Part shown: piece after piece, positions 38,462 to 51,954 of the stretch
Position numbering within the stretch: the first letter of the stretch is position 1
How the letters are laid out: each line of letters opens with the position of its first letter
Assembly: GCA_963753345.1 (NCBI GenBank)
Contig: CAVWBU010000018.1
Location: 98,087 to 162,086 of the forward strand
DNA length: 64,000 nt
Direction: 5' to 3'
Source of the DNA: an uncultured Fibrobacterota bacterium
GTDB lineage: Bacteria > Fibrobacterota > Chitinivibrionia > Chitinivibrionales > FEN-1185
Notes under the pieces: generated by a model
Database searches by the model: none
Told to the model about the DNA's origin: nothing
Seen by the model: only the letters and a program-made list of their open reading frames with translations
Position numbers and translations under genes: made by a program

Positions 38462-40372
38462 ATGGCCTTCGTTCCCGCACTTTACAAAAACTACTTCATC
38501 GAATACGCCAGCTACGTCATCAAGGACCGCGCCATCCCCGACCTCGAGGACGGGCTCAAGCCGGTGCAGCGCCGCATCCTGCACACCCTGCACGAAATGG
38601 ACGACGGCAAGTTCCACAAGGTGGCCAACGCCGTGGGCCAGTGCATGAAGTATCATCCGCACGGCGATGCGTCGATCTTCGCCGCGCTCGTGGGCTTGGC
38701 CAACAAGGACCTGTTTATTGACAAGCAGGGAAACTTCGGCAACATCCTCACCGGCGACGAGGCCTCGGCCATGCGCTACATCGAGAGCAGGCTCACGCCG
38801 CTGGCCCGCGAAACGCTGTTCAATCCGGAAATCACCGAGTTCGCGGACTCGTACGACGGCCGCAACAAGGAACCCGTGGTGCTGCCCGCCAAGGTGCCGG
38901 TGCTGCTCGCGCAGGGCGCCGAAGGCATCGCCGTGGGCATGGCCACCAAGATCCTGCCGCACAACTTCATCGAGCTTCTGCAGGCGCAGATCGCCTATCT
39001 CAACAAGGACACTTTTCAGCTCAGGCCCGATTTCCCGTCGGGCGGCATGCTTGACATGTCGGAGTACAACGAGGGCAACGGCAAGGTGCGCATCCGTGCG
39101 CGCCTCGACGACAAGGACGACAAGCGCATCGTGGTGCGCGAGATCCCGTTCGGCACCACCACCGAGAGCCTCATCGCGAGCATCGAGGCCGCGGCGCGAA
39201 AGAACAAGATCAAGATCGCGGGCATCTCCGATTTCACCTCGGACAAGGTGGAGGTAGAGATCCACCTCGCGCGCGGCGTGCACACGCAGGACACGGTGGA
39301 TGCGCTGTACGCCTTCACCGACTGCGAGGTGTCGACCACGGTGAACGTGGTGGTCATCAAGGACAACAAGCCGGTCACCATGAGCGTGTCCGACGTGCTC
39401 AAGCACAACGCCGACCGCACCGTGGAGCTTTTGCGCCGGGAGCTCAAGGTGGAGGAAGGCCACCTGCGCGACAGGCTCCACGCCAAGACGCTCGAACAAA
39501 TATTCATCGAAAATCGCGTGTACAAGAAGATCGAGGACAAGAAGACTCAGGAGGGCGTGACCAGGGCCGTTATTGACGGACTGGAACCCTTCCAGAAGGA
39601 CATCAAGCGCGAGGTGACTGCCGAGGACGTGGAGACCCTCCTCAAGATCCCCATCCGCCGGATCTCGGCCTACGACATCAACAAGGCGCAGCACGAAATG
39701 GACGAAATAAAAACGCGCCTCAAGGAGATCAAACACTCGCTCGACACCATTGTGGATTACACCATCGGGTTTCTGCAGGACCTCATCATCAAGTACGGCA
39801 AGCAGTACCCGCGCCGCACCGAGGTAATGTCGTTTGAAAAGGTTGACGTGCGCGAGGTGGCGCAGCGCAACCTCAAGCTGCGCTACGACCGCGACAACGG
39901 CTACCTCGGCTACGAGGTGAACGGCAGCGCGCTGTTCGACGTATCGCTGTACGACCGCATCCTCGTGATCCGCAAGAACGGCGTGTATTCGGTGATCGAC
40001 GCGCCCGACAAGCTGTTCGTGGACAAAGGCATGCTCCACTGCGGCTTCCCGGACAAAGACCTGGTGTTTTCGCTGGTGTATAAAAACCCCGAGAACCAAT
40101 TCCCCTATGTAAAGCGATTCAAGATCGAGCAGTTCATCATGCAGAAGGCGTACCTGCTCGTCCCCGAGGGCGCGACGGTCCAGATGTTCACCACCGAGAC
40201 CGACGGCACCATCGAGGCGGAGTACAAACCCCGGGCCTATCTGCGCGTGCTTGAGGAGAAGTTCAACCTGAAGGACTACCTGATAAAGGGAGTGAAGGCG
40301 CAGGGCGTGAGGTTGTCAAATAAGGAAGCGAAGATGGTGAAGTTCCAGCCGGTGCTCAAGCTTACCAACTAA
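38462..40372 (+). CDS. parC: Type IIA topoisomerase A subunit (topoisomerase IV type, short C-terminal domain)
   Basis: [24 protein letters not shown] and catalytic AMRYIE; no GyrA-box seen. Confidence 0.9.
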   Translation: MAFVPALYKNYFIEYASYVIKDRAIPDLEDGLKPVQRRILHTLHEMDDGKFHKVANAVGQCMKYHPHGDASIFAALVGLANKDLFIDKQGNFGNILTGDEASAMRYIESRLTPLARETLFNPEITEFADSYDGRNKEPVVLPAKVPVLLAQGAEGIAVGMATKILPHNFIELLQAQIAYLNKDTFQLRPDFPSGGMLDMSEYNEGNGKVRIRARLDDKDDKRIVVREIPFGTTTESLIASIEAAARKNKIKIAGISDFTSDKVEVEIHLARGVHTQDTVDALYAFTDCEVSTTVNVVVIKDNKPVTMSVSDVLKHNADRTVELLRRELKVEEGHLRDRLHAKTLEQIFIENRVYKKIEDKKTQEGVTRAVIDGLEPFQKDIKREVTAEDVETLLKIPIRRISAYDINKAQHEMDEIKTRLKEIKHSLDTIVDYTIGFLQDLIIKYGKQYPRRTEVMSFEKVDVREVAQRNLKLRYDRDNGYLGYEVNGSALFDVSLYDRILVIRKNGVYSVIDAPDKLFVDKGMLHCGFPDKDLVFSLVYKNPENQFPYVKRFKIEQFIMQKAYLLVPEGATVQMFTTETDGTIEAEYKPRAYLRVLEEKFNLKDYLIKGVKAQGVRLSNKEAKMVKFQPVLKLTN

Positions 40373-40404
40373 TCTTCTGTTTTCCAATTCAATAAAATTT
40401 ATAT

Positions 40405-40538
40405 GGGGGGAAGTTTCCCCCTCGCTTCGGCCTCCTCGGCCTGCGGTGTCCTTCGCTACCCCCTCCTGGGTGACCGCCTTGATAAAGCAGCTGCAAGACC
40501 ATGCATTGTTGCGGCGGCACCAGTGGAGAGCTGTTGAA
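40405..40538 (+). repeat. Dispersed structured repeat family B, copy 4
   Basis: Core is nearly identical to 10335-10476. Confidence 0.85.
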
Positions 40539-40609
40539 TAGTTTAGAATCAAAGGAGGACATCCGGATTTTGCTTTTGTTGCGGACGCCGATTGGCGCGA
40601 GAAGAATAA

Positions 40610-40788
40610 TTGACTGAATAGAATTCCGTTGCCGCGCGTTAGGGGCGACTGGAGGTCCCGACAGAGCGGGATGCCGCCCGGACCCGCCGCCACCGCGGCA
40701 TAGGGCCGTGGCGGCCCGAGGCCGGAGGCCGAGACCGGAAGGAGAACCGACGCGAGCCTGAGTCTTGACGAGGGCGAGGGGAACGCCA
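40610..40788 (+). repeat. Dispersed structured repeat family A, copy 6
   Basis: TTGACTGAATAG..CCGCGCGTTAGGGGCGAC...GGAGAACCGAC...GGGGAACGCCA. Confidence 0.85.
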
Positions 40789-40815
40789 TCCTTTATTTTT
40801 AAGAGAGTTGGGATT

Positions 40816-41722
40816 TCACAATTTATGTTGAGAGCCTTGCTTCAACCCTCTCTTCTCCATCACCTCATGAATAAATTTTATCGACTTCATCTTCTCCGCG
40901 CTCCATAGCGGCGCCACAAGCCCGTTCTTCACGCTCGAGTCTGCCATGATCCTGTGAATGTGCTGATCGGGACGCAGATGCGCAATGAAATCACAGAGGA
41001 CATCCGCATATTCATCAAGGGAGAGAGGCTCGACGTTGCCTTGTTTATACGAGTGATGTAATTCCGTTCCGTCAATGATCATGAGTTGATGAATCTTTAC
41101 CCCGCTCACCGGGAGCGACGAAAGAAGTTTGGCGGTATCAGTTGCGCCCTTTTTTGAATCTCCGGGAAGCCCGATCATCACATGCGCCACAGTCTCGATT
41201 TCAAGATCGGTGAGTCTCTTGACCGAATCAACAAAATCATCAACACTATGACCTCGTTTGTTCCGCTGCAATGTCTCGTCGCTTGCACTCTGCAGGCCTA
41301 TCTCAACGGAGAGATACATCCGTCCGGAAACGTCATGAAGATATTCAATAACATCATCCTTCAGACAGTCGGGTCTTGTGCCCACGGCGAGGCCGACTAT
41401 TCCTGGATAGGTTATTATTGGTTCATATGCTTCGGCGAGTCGCTTCCTGTCACCGTAGGTATTTGTAAACGGCTGAAGATACGCGATAAAGGCGCTGTGT
41501 CTGCCCCTGTCTTTGGCAATTGAGCATTTGAGCTGGTCGATGATGGAGGCTCGCGGAAGTTGCAATGGGCGAAAATGAGCGGTTGTCGCAGAATGAGCAC
41601 CCGTCCCTGCTTATGGTGCCGTCGCGATTGGGGCACGAAAAGCCGGCGTTGAGCGGAATCTTGAGAACGGGCTTTCCGAAACGATTGGTGAGATACGAGC
41701 GATAGGAGTTGTAACGGGTCAC
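40816..41722 (-). pseudogene. yhcC: TIGR01212/YhcC-family radical SAM protein, frameshifted near 41555
   Basis: N-terminal ORF has GFSCPNRDG....GCSFC. Second ORF has AYLQPFTNTY, VGTRPDC, EIGLQS and GVKIHQL. Could be a sequencing indel. Confidence 0.82.
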
Positions 41723-41912
41723 AAAAGCGTGTATGCGTATAGGGGTGTATGCGTATATGCGGTAATGGTGCAGATTAAGGGCTTCTTGTGAGCCTCTCGG
41801 CTCATCAACCCATCAACTCATTGTTCTAGAAAGACACCATGAACAGCTGTCGTATTCTGGCATTCACGCGTACACGCATTCACGCTTTTACGCATTTACG
41901 CGTTAATCTTTG

Positions 41913-43001
41913 TCAATTCCCCGCCGCCGCCTTTTTCTTCGCTTCCTTCTTGAAATCCATACCCTGGGCGGTGTCCGTGCCCAGTTTGTCAAGATCGGAC
42001 CCGATGTCCATCGGTTTCACATCGAGCTGCTTGGCTTCCCCCTTGCCGTCCCTGTGCAGATCGCTCTTGAGTTGCTGCATCTGCGCCTCGTTCTGCTCCG
42101 ACGCCTTGTCGCGGTTGGCCTTTGTGTCGGCCTTGCCCGTGGACGTCGGTTCGCCGTTTTCTATCCTGTCAATGCGCCGCTGCACTTCCTCTTTCTTGAT
42201 GGCCTCGTTCAGGTAGATAAGGTATTTCTTCCAGGTCGCGAGCGCGTCCTGCTTTTTCCCCATGTCCTCCTGAAGCAGGGCGAGGTTCTCGTAAAAGACC
42301 TGGGAGTTCTCGTCGATGGTGACGCTCTTCTGGTATTCCTTGAGCGCCTCTGCCTGGTTGTTCTCCTTTTTCCACAGTATGTTGCCGAGCTGCCAGTGGG
42401 CTTCGGCGTTTCTCGGGTCCGCGGCGATTCCCTCCTGACAATATTTCTTGGCGCCGGCGATATTGCCTTTTTCGGTGAGGCACCGCGCCACGCCGCAATA
42501 CGCCGCACCCTTGGAGCCGTCCGTCCTTATTGCGGCCTCGTACTGCGCCACGGCCTTGTCGAACGCGCCCGCGTTCTCATACATTGCGGCAAGGTTCATG
42601 CGCGCCTCGATGTTTGACGGATTCAGCTCCACCGAACGTGCAATGGCGTCGGCGGCTTTTCCTGTCTTGCCGAGTCTCTCGTAGGCAAACCCTATGTTGG
42701 CCCAGCATTCCGCGTTTCTGGAGTCGAGCGAAATCGCCTTGTTATATTCGACGACGGCCTTGTCGTACCGCTCGGCCTCAAGGTAGGCGAACGCGAGGTT
42801 TGCCTGCGCCTCGAAGTTTCTTGGCTCCTTGCCCAGCACCTGGCGGAACACCGAAATTGCCTCAGTGTATGCGCCGTTCTTGAGCAGATTGTTGCCGTTT
42901 GCCATGAGCTCCTCGACCGAGTTCTGACTTCTTGCCGGAAAAACAAATATGATTGCGACGGCAAGAACCGACATGATGGAGATGACTGCGGATTTCTTCA
43001 T
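41913..43001 (-). CDS. Secreted TPR protein
   Basis: Signal peptide from MKKSAV; several 34-aa TPR motifs. Confidence 0.88.
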   Translation of the reverse strand: MKKSAVISIMSVLAVAIIFVFPARSQNSVEELMANGNNLLKNGAYTEAISVFRQVLGKEPRNFEAQANLAFAYLEAERYDKAVVEYNKAISLDSRNAECWANIGFAYERLGKTGKAADAIARSVELNPSNIEARMNLAAMYENAGAFDKAVAQYEAAIRTDGSKGAAYCGVARCLTEKGNIAGAKKYCQEGIAADPRNAEAHWQLGNILWKKENNQAEALKEYQKSVTIDENSQVFYENLALLQEDMGKKQDALATWKKYLIYLNEAIKKEEVQRRIDRIENGEPTSTGKADTKANRDKASEQNEAQMQQLKSDLHRDGKGEAKQLDVKPMDIGSDLDKLGTDTAQGMDFKKEAKKKAAAGN

Positions 43002-43218
43002 ACAGCCTCGCTTGTAGATAGGATAATCGGATGAAAAACGACCCAATCGATAACTTAATATAGCAATGTAGGAGTCCGGCGGCAAGTCTAATCTGCAATT
43101 GAACAATATTTGGCTGCCTGCACCTGCCGGCCGCACCACAATAAACTATATTTTCTATTTACCGCCGGCGCACAAGATCATCGAAAAAACATCCCTTTGT
43201 CCCAAGGAACCGACGCCC

Positions 43219-44676
43219 ATGAGCGAGAAGAACCCCCGGACACGCACCGATGTTTATGCAAACCCCCTGGTGGAGCGCTATGCCTCCAGGGAGATGCTCC
43301 GCGTTTTCTCTCCCGATTTCAAGTTCGGCACCTGGAGAAAGCTGTGGATCGCACTTGCCGAATGCGAAAAGGATCTCGGGCTTCCGATCACGGACAGCCA
43401 GATTGCCGAGATGAAGGAACATGTGAACGACATCGACTACGACGCGGCCGCCGCCTACGAGACCAAAACCCGGCACGACGTGATGGCGCACATTCACGCG
43501 TTCGGCGACCGCTGTCCGTCGGCGCGGCCCATCATCCACCTCGGCGCAACGAGCGCGTTCGTGGGCGACAACACCGACCTCATCCAGATGCGGGAAGCCT
43601 GCCGTATTCTCCTGTCGAGGCTGGCGGCCGTGATCGCGGCGCTCAGGGAGTTTTCTCTTGCGAAAAAGGACCTCGCCGCGCTCGGGTTCACGCATTTCCA
43701 GCCGGCGCAGCTTGTCACGGTGGGGAAGCGCGCGAGCCTGTGGCTGTACGACCTTGTCCTCGATTTCGAGGCGCTCGAACAGTTCTGCGCGTCGCTCCCG
43801 TTCCTCGGAGTCAAGGGGACCACGGGCACGCAGGCGAGCTACATGAGCCTGTTCTCCGGCGACGCCGCCAAGGTGAAGAAGCTTGACATAATGGTTGCCA
43901 AGCGGATGGGGTTCGACACGACCGTGCCGGTGTCGGGCCAGACCTACTCGCGCAAGTTCGATGCTTTGGTACTGGCGCTGGTGTCGGGCGTGGCGCAGTC
44001 GTTCCACAAGATCGCCAATGACGTCCGGCTCCTGTCGCACCTGCGGGAGATCGAGGAGCCGTTCGAAAGCGGCCAGGTGGGATCGTCGGCCATGGCGTAC
44101 AAGAGAAACCCCATGCGCTCGGAGCGCATCACGTCGCTTGCGCGGTACGTGATCTCGCTCTCGTCCTCGCCCGCGAACACCGCGGCGGAACAATGGTTCG
44201 AGCGCACGCTCGACGATTCGGCGAACAAGCGGCTGTCGATCCCCGAGGCGTTTCTCGCCGCGGACGCGATCCTCATTGTCGGCCTCAACGTGCTGTCTGG
44301 CCTGGTGGTGTATCCGCGCGTGATCGAGCGGCATGTTGCCGAAGAGCTTCCTTTCATGGCGACCGAGAACATCCTCATGGAAGCGGTAAAGAAGGGCGGC
44401 GATCGGCAGTCCCTGCACGAACGCATCCGGCAGTATTCCATGGAGGCCCAGAAAGGAATAAAGACCGAGGGAAAGCCCAACGACCTTCTTGAGCGCATTT
44501 GTGCAGACCCCGGGTTCAAATTGACAAAGGCAGATCTTGACAGGATCCTCGACGTTGCCGCGTTTGTGGGAAGGGCGCCGCAGCAGGTGGAGGAGTTTGT
44601 CAAGGAGTACGTCGGTCCGCTGCTTGCGCGGAGCAAAAAGTACGGGGCCGCCGGCACAACCGAATTGACCGTGTGA
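43219..44676 (+). CDS. purB: Adenylosuccinate lyase
   Basis: PLVERYAS, RHDVMAH, IHLGATS, GFTHFQPAQ, GSSAMAYKRNP and QWFERTLDDSA motifs. Confidence 0.96.
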   Translation: MSEKNPRTRTDVYANPLVERYASREMLRVFSPDFKFGTWRKLWIALAECEKDLGLPITDSQIAEMKEHVNDIDYDAAAAYETKTRHDVMAHIHAFGDRCPSARPIIHLGATSAFVGDNTDLIQMREACRILLSRLAAVIAALREFSLAKKDLAALGFTHFQPAQLVTVGKRASLWLYDLVLDFEALEQFCASLPFLGVKGTTGTQASYMSLFSGDAAKVKKLDIMVAKRMGFDTTVPVSGQTYSRKFDALVLALVSGVAQSFHKIANDVRLLSHLREIEEPFESGQVGSSAMAYKRNPMRSERITSLARYVISLSSSPANTAAEQWFERTLDDSANKRLSIPEAFLAADAILIVGLNVLSGLVVYPRVIERHVAEELPFMATENILMEAVKKGGDRQSLHERIRQYSMEAQKGIKTEGKPNDLLERICADPGFKLTKADLDRILDVAAFVGRAPQQVEEFVKEYVGPLLARSKKYGAAGTTELTV

Positions 44677-44713
44677 GAATCGTCCGTCACTTATCCAGGA
44701 AGAACCCGTTCCC

Positions 44714-45541
44714 TTGATCGCCGACTACCACGTCCATACGCCGTACTGCGGGCACGCGCAGGGAAAGACCGTCGACTATATCAACGCCGCCATTGCCGTG
44801 GGGCTTTCCGAAATCGGCTTCTCCGACCACCTCGGCCGGTACTACCTCACCAAACACCAGCGCAAGAGGTACTGGGACTGGGGGATGCGCGAGCGCGACA
44901 TCGCCCGGTACTTTTCGGAGCTGCTCGACCTGAAGGAAGCCTTCGAAGACCGGATCACCGTGCGTATCGGGCTCGAGGTCGACTACATCGAGGGCGCGGA
45001 GCAGCTTGCCGAAGAAATCGTTTCGCGCTATCCGTTCGATTTCCTGCTCGGCTCCATCCACTGCCTGCCCGTGCTCGGGTGGCGCCACGTTTCGCAGTAT
45101 GTAAAGGTCGATCAGAAGCAGGTGTACAAGGCCTATTTCGAGGCTGCGGCAGCGGCCGCCCGGTCGAACCTGTTCCAGTCTCTCGCCCATATCGACTTTA
45201 TCTGGCGCTATGTCCCCTGGCCCGACGCGCCACGGCCGATGATGGAGGAGTACATTTCGAGCACGGTTCAGCTCGCCGCAAAGAACCACACCTGCATCGA
45301 GGTGAATGCCAACGGATTTTTATGGGCGCAAATCAACGACGACTGGAAATACAACCTGTTCGACATGACCCTCGACGCCGTCAAGAAGCACAACGCGACC
45401 GTTACCATCGGTTCCGACGCCCACACGCCGGAACTGGTGGCCAAGTCGTTCCCCCAGATCATCGACAATCTTAAAAGCAAAGGTATAGAAACCGTATCGG
45501 TGTTTGAGCAGAGGCAGGGAAGGCAGGTGAAGTTAGGGTGA
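44714..45541 (+). CDS. PHP-family histidinol-phosphatase (HisJ-like)
   Basis: DYHVHT..CGHA, GFSDH, GLEVDY, GSIH, AHID and IGSDAH motifs. Confidence 0.88.
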   Translation: MIADYHVHTPYCGHAQGKTVDYINAAIAVGLSEIGFSDHLGRYYLTKHQRKRYWDWGMRERDIARYFSELLDLKEAFEDRITVRIGLEVDYIEGAEQLAEEIVSRYPFDFLLGSIHCLPVLGWRHVSQYVKVDQKQVYKAYFEAAAAAARSNLFQSLAHIDFIWRYVPWPDAPRPMMEEYISSTVQLAAKNHTCIEVNANGFLWAQINDDWKYNLFDMTLDAVKKHNATVTIGSDAHTPELVAKSFPQIIDNLKSKGIETVSVFEQRQGRQVKLG

Positions 45542-45552
45542 GTGGCTCCCGT

Positions 45553-45945
45553 TCACGGAGCATATACCATCAATCCCGCAATGGCGTCGAAGTGCTTGTC
45601 ATACGATAAAAGTCTCGACCCGGTTTCGAGGGCGGTCGCAGCGATCCAGATGTCGTTTGTGGGAATGGGTCTTCCCTTGCGCCGCAATTCCGCTACGAGG
45701 AGGCCGTAACGCTCGCAGATTGCTATCGATGGAGGGATAAATTCAACGCCCGGAATTTCAAAGAAGTCTTTTAATTCCGAAAGGTTCCGGTGTGCCTGCC
45801 TGCCCTGATAAAATCCCGCAAACAGCTCCCCGACGACGATTGCAGGAACATACACCGTATCCGCCTCCTCAAGAATCCGCATTGCTTCCTCGTTTGCGCC
45901 GCGTCTTATTTCCGTATAGGCATTGGTGTCGAGGCAGATTTTCAT
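45553..45945 (-). CDS. vapC: VapC-family PIN-domain toxin
   Basis: LDTNAY, IVVGEL, GRPIPTNDIWIAA and LLSYDKHF motifs. Confidence 0.93.
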   Translation of the reverse strand: MKICLDTNAYTEIRRGANEEAMRILEEADTVYVPAIVVGELFAGFYQGRQAHRNLSELKDFFEIPGVEFIPPSIAICERYGLLVAELRRKGRPIPTNDIWIAATALETGSRLLSYDKHFDAIAGLMVYAP

Positions 45946-46198
45946 TTTTTTTCCACACTTCCGGATCTATTGTTTCGAACACCTTTGTGTTTCTGGTGAA
46001 TTCGTCAGCTTCTTCCTTTGACCAGGTTCCCTCGCATCCTGCAAACGAGCGTTTCTTTCTGGCCGAATCGGACAATCCCAGGGACTTGTTTAACAAGTCT
46101 ATTGCGGTTCTGTTGAGGCTCTTTCCGCTTTTCTTTGCCTCAGACCGCAGGAGATTCTCTGTATTCCTTGGTATCTTGCGCAAGGTAAGTTGATTCAT
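45869..46198 (-). CDS. Ribbon-helix-helix-like antitoxin
   Basis: MNQLTLRKIP......LR.EA...GKSLN..GTWS.EEA; RBS GGAGG; directly upstream of vapC. The true stop is probably ~45942 if the A8 run is one base short. Confidence 0.8.
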   Translation of the reverse strand: MNQLTLRKIPRNTENLLRSEAKKSGKSLNRTAIDLLNKSLGLSDSARKKRSFAGCEGTWSKEEADEFTRNTKVFETIDPEVWKKNENLPRHQCLYGNKTRRKRGSNADS

Positions 46199-46699
46199 TT
46201 TGTGCCTCCAGTGCCATCATTGAATGACATCACCTCAATAATACTTCACGGCTGAAGCACCGTCAAAGAAAATTATCAGCGCGGGTATCGGCCGGGTGAT
46301 TGAAAGAACAGGCTTACGTGAGAATCGGACTTCGGTCCCCGCAAATCATCAATTAGTTCACCAATTCTTCCATATATTATATGGTCTGCCGCTGATCCTG
46401 TCGCCCCCGATTTCTTTATAGTTTGTGCGGTAGTTTGAAACTAGGGGAATTTCTTGTGGTGGTAATATTTATCAAGGACTTGGGGTGTTTTTGGCTGTGG
46501 TTCTAAACCGACCAGAAATACCGCTTTTTTACCGGATTTTTGTCATGGTTTAAACCCGTTTCGACCGGAAATTACCGCGATTTGAACGACCTTTCAAGGC
46601 CGCTTTAATGCAGGTTCAACCATTCCTATTATAATGAAGTGCTCCGGCGATCCCGTGAGTGGTCGGCCCGGCGCAAAGTGAAGAGGATAAATGAAAAGC

Positions 46700-47089
46700 T
46701 TACTGATTGACGCCACGAGAACGGGCAATAAAGAAACCAAGAACGGCGCTCTGAGAGAGGTCGTGTACCTTGATTGCTGAGACGAGGGGAATCACCCAAC
46801 CCTTTTGACCATCCCTTATTGATGTCGATTTTCCTTTACGAGCGCCCTCATACTTTCCGTCATCCGCAAGGCGCTTCACCTGCCGGTGAGTGATTCCAGC
46901 AAGCGAAGCAACCTCAACCGCAGAGAGGTCCAGAGTACCATCGTGAATAGACAAAAGATTTTCACGGGCACCCTGCTCGCGTATCACGCCGCACCTTACG
47001 AGGTCGGCGATTGATTCCTCCTTCAAAGTCGTGGAGCGCGCAAAAAAACTTTCATCCATCACCAGGTCTTTTGCTGTTTTATTATCCAT
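46700..47089 (-). CDS. Small HTH DNA-binding protein (excisionase/HTH_17-like)
   Basis: RBS GGAGG; LSAVEVASLAGITHRQVKRLADDGKY...W.IP. Confidence 0.6.
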   Translation of the reverse strand: MDNKTAKDLVMDESFFARSTTLKEESIADLVRCGVIREQGARENLLSIHDGTLDLSAVEVASLAGITHRQVKRLADDGKYEGARKGKSTSIRDGQKGWVIPLVSAIKVHDLSQSAVLGFFIARSRGVNQ

Positions 47090-47169
47090 GTGATTCCTCC
47101 TTGTGTAGATGTGAAAAAATATTAAAAGCGCCAGGATGTCCCGGCGCTGTGTAAAACCATCCTCAACAA

Positions 47170-47703
47170 TCAACGGCTTTTGCGCCACGTTTCGTAATTC
47201 CAGAACCAGAGTTCGTTGCAAGCCCGGAACCGGCCGTCCTTTTTCACAGGGTTCCTGGTGCCGTCAGGGCAAAGCCTGTGAATTGTGTAAAGAGAACCCG
47301 GCTCATCCTTTGAGAACCCCTGTATTTCAGGGCGCGCAGGTTTTGAGATTGTCGCGCGCTTCTCATGGAGTTGCTTCGTGGTTTCTGCCAGGACCGCCGC
47401 CTGTTCGTTGTAGCGGTCGCAAAGCGCATAGAACTCGGCCGTTGCCAGTTCATCTTTTTTCTGCCGAAGAATGACAGAATTTGTTTTGAGCGCCTCGGTC
47501 TTCTCGGTTACAAGAGCACCCAGGCCGGCCGCCTTGTCCCGTGCCGCCTCCAGCTCGCGCTCCAGCTTCTCGATCTGCTTCTCGACCGTCGCGGTGTTCT
47601 CCTCCAGGGCCGAAAGACGTTGCCGCTCCCGCCTGGAGGACTCCAGGGCCGTTGACAGATCGACAACCTCCTCGACGGCCGGGAGATGGTTTTTCAGTTT
47701 CAA
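47170..47703 (-). CDS. Hypothetical coiled-coil protein
   Basis: RBS GGGAG before TTG; heptad-rich LEE....VEKQIEKLERELE. Confidence 0.55.
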   Translation of the reverse strand: MKLKNHLPAVEEVVDLSTALESSRRERQRLSALEENTATVEKQIEKLERELEAARDKAAGLGALVTEKTEALKTNSVILRQKKDELATAEFYALCDRYNEQAAVLAETTKQLHEKRATISKPARPEIQGFSKDEPGSLYTIHRLCPDGTRNPVKKDGRFRACNELWFWNYETWRKSR

Positions 47704-47858
47704 AATCTCCCATTAGAGCCTTTGGGCCTTTTTCTGCTCCTGTTCGAATTCCCCGGCGAGCTGCGCGGGCTTTGAACAGTGTCTGCGAACTTTTCCATAC
47801 CTAAACCTCCATTTGTTAAGTGTTTTTATTCCTGCCTGTGCGGATTCTTACCATTTTT

Positions 47859-48173
47859 TCAACGGATAAATGTCCCGTCAGTGCTTCCCTTCTGGCGCGG
47901 TCTGTGTGGTTCCTCAGCCTTGCACAAGAGGGCAACGGCATTGTGCATCTCGTAGTGTGCATCAGTCGCTCTGGCCTTGAGAACAGTTATGCGCTTCTCC
48001 GCTACGGTGGTATTTCTAAAGTGCATTGCGAGAGCGTCTCTCCTGTGTTCCGCTTCTTTGAGCGCCTTTTGGGCGAGGTAGAGTTTGTCGCGAGCTGCAT
48101 ACATGCGGTTTCTGAGAGCCGCAATCTCCGCTGTTTGTTCCTGGTTAGTGGTTGTCATGCTTTTCACACTCAT
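47859..48173 (-). CDS. Hypothetical helical protein
   Basis: Co-oriented with the other element genes; Ala/Lys/Arg-rich helical composition. Confidence 0.4.
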   Translation of the reverse strand: MSVKSMTTTNQEQTAEIAALRNRMYAARDKLYLAQKALKEAEHRRDALAMHFRNTTVAEKRITVLKARATDAHYEMHNAVALLCKAEEPHRPRQKGSTDGTFIR

Positions 48174-48448
48174 TTACAAAACAAAAAATTCCCGCGAATA
48201 TCAGGAAATTTTTAATGCGCTTTCGTCGTAGCACGGGTCGCTCAGGTACTCTTTATATTGTTCTTGAGATCTGCACGCTTTGCATCTCGGACAGGGCTGG
48301 AAGTTGAGAGTAACACGCTGGATTTACATTTCGGACAGTGCGGGGAACGGATTAGAATAATTCGTCTGCGAGGGCTGCTCTTTTGGTATCTCGGTGCCTC
48401 AACGAGGGATCTAAACTTGTTATGTTCAGACTTTTTGCGGTTATGACG

Positions 48449-51299
<2,851 letters not shown>

Positions 51300-51329
51300 G
51301 TTTTCTCTCTTGGAAGCCCCGTGTAATCC

Positions 51330-51890
51330 CCAGGTACCATTTAAATGGTTCTTGACAGCCTCTAGTATTCCCTTTTTGGAATTATCATCCAGAACCAGGA
51401 ACGACCTTGCGGGAATGGTTATCGCATACTTTCCTGATTTGTATTCTACCTCCACGAAAAGTTTGTGCCTCCCCGAGGCAATGACAGCCAAATGATTGTC
51501 TGGACATTGCCGAAGAAGTCTACCCTTGGAGTCGGTTCTTAGTCGCAGCACGCCGTGCCGCGCTTTTATCGGAATAGTACCTCCAAAGTGTTTGTATCGT
51601 GGCGTAAATCTTGTTTGATCTGATAACTGCGCTATTGTTATCTGACTCCGCTTGAATGGAAATCTTTAGGCTGCTCGTATGGATGTCCAATATGCCCCCG
51701 GCCAATGGCCTTCTTTTGCACGTTGCTTCTTGGTAGATTCCGCAAGATCAACCCACCTGGGACGCCCCTCGTCGCTGAAATTTTCCAAAACGCTTTTTAG
51801 CATCAAGGCGGATACAGTTTTCATCAGGGGCCGAAGCTCGGTTCCGCGACTCGAAAGGTCCTTGAGCCCTTCATAATTCCTTATTGTCAA
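51330..51890 (-). pseudogene. Mu gpG-like virion morphogenesis protein, frameshifted
   Basis: LRPLM..V...M...V.ENF..EGRPRW..LA.ST, then in other frames L..SI......SAVI.SNKIYA.IQ and IPARSFL. Confidence 0.75.
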
Positions 51891-51954
51891 TTTTCACGCT
51901 TATGATTTTAACTCTGCCTTGGATGCTTGATTTTTCGGGAGCTGCGCTCCCGGT

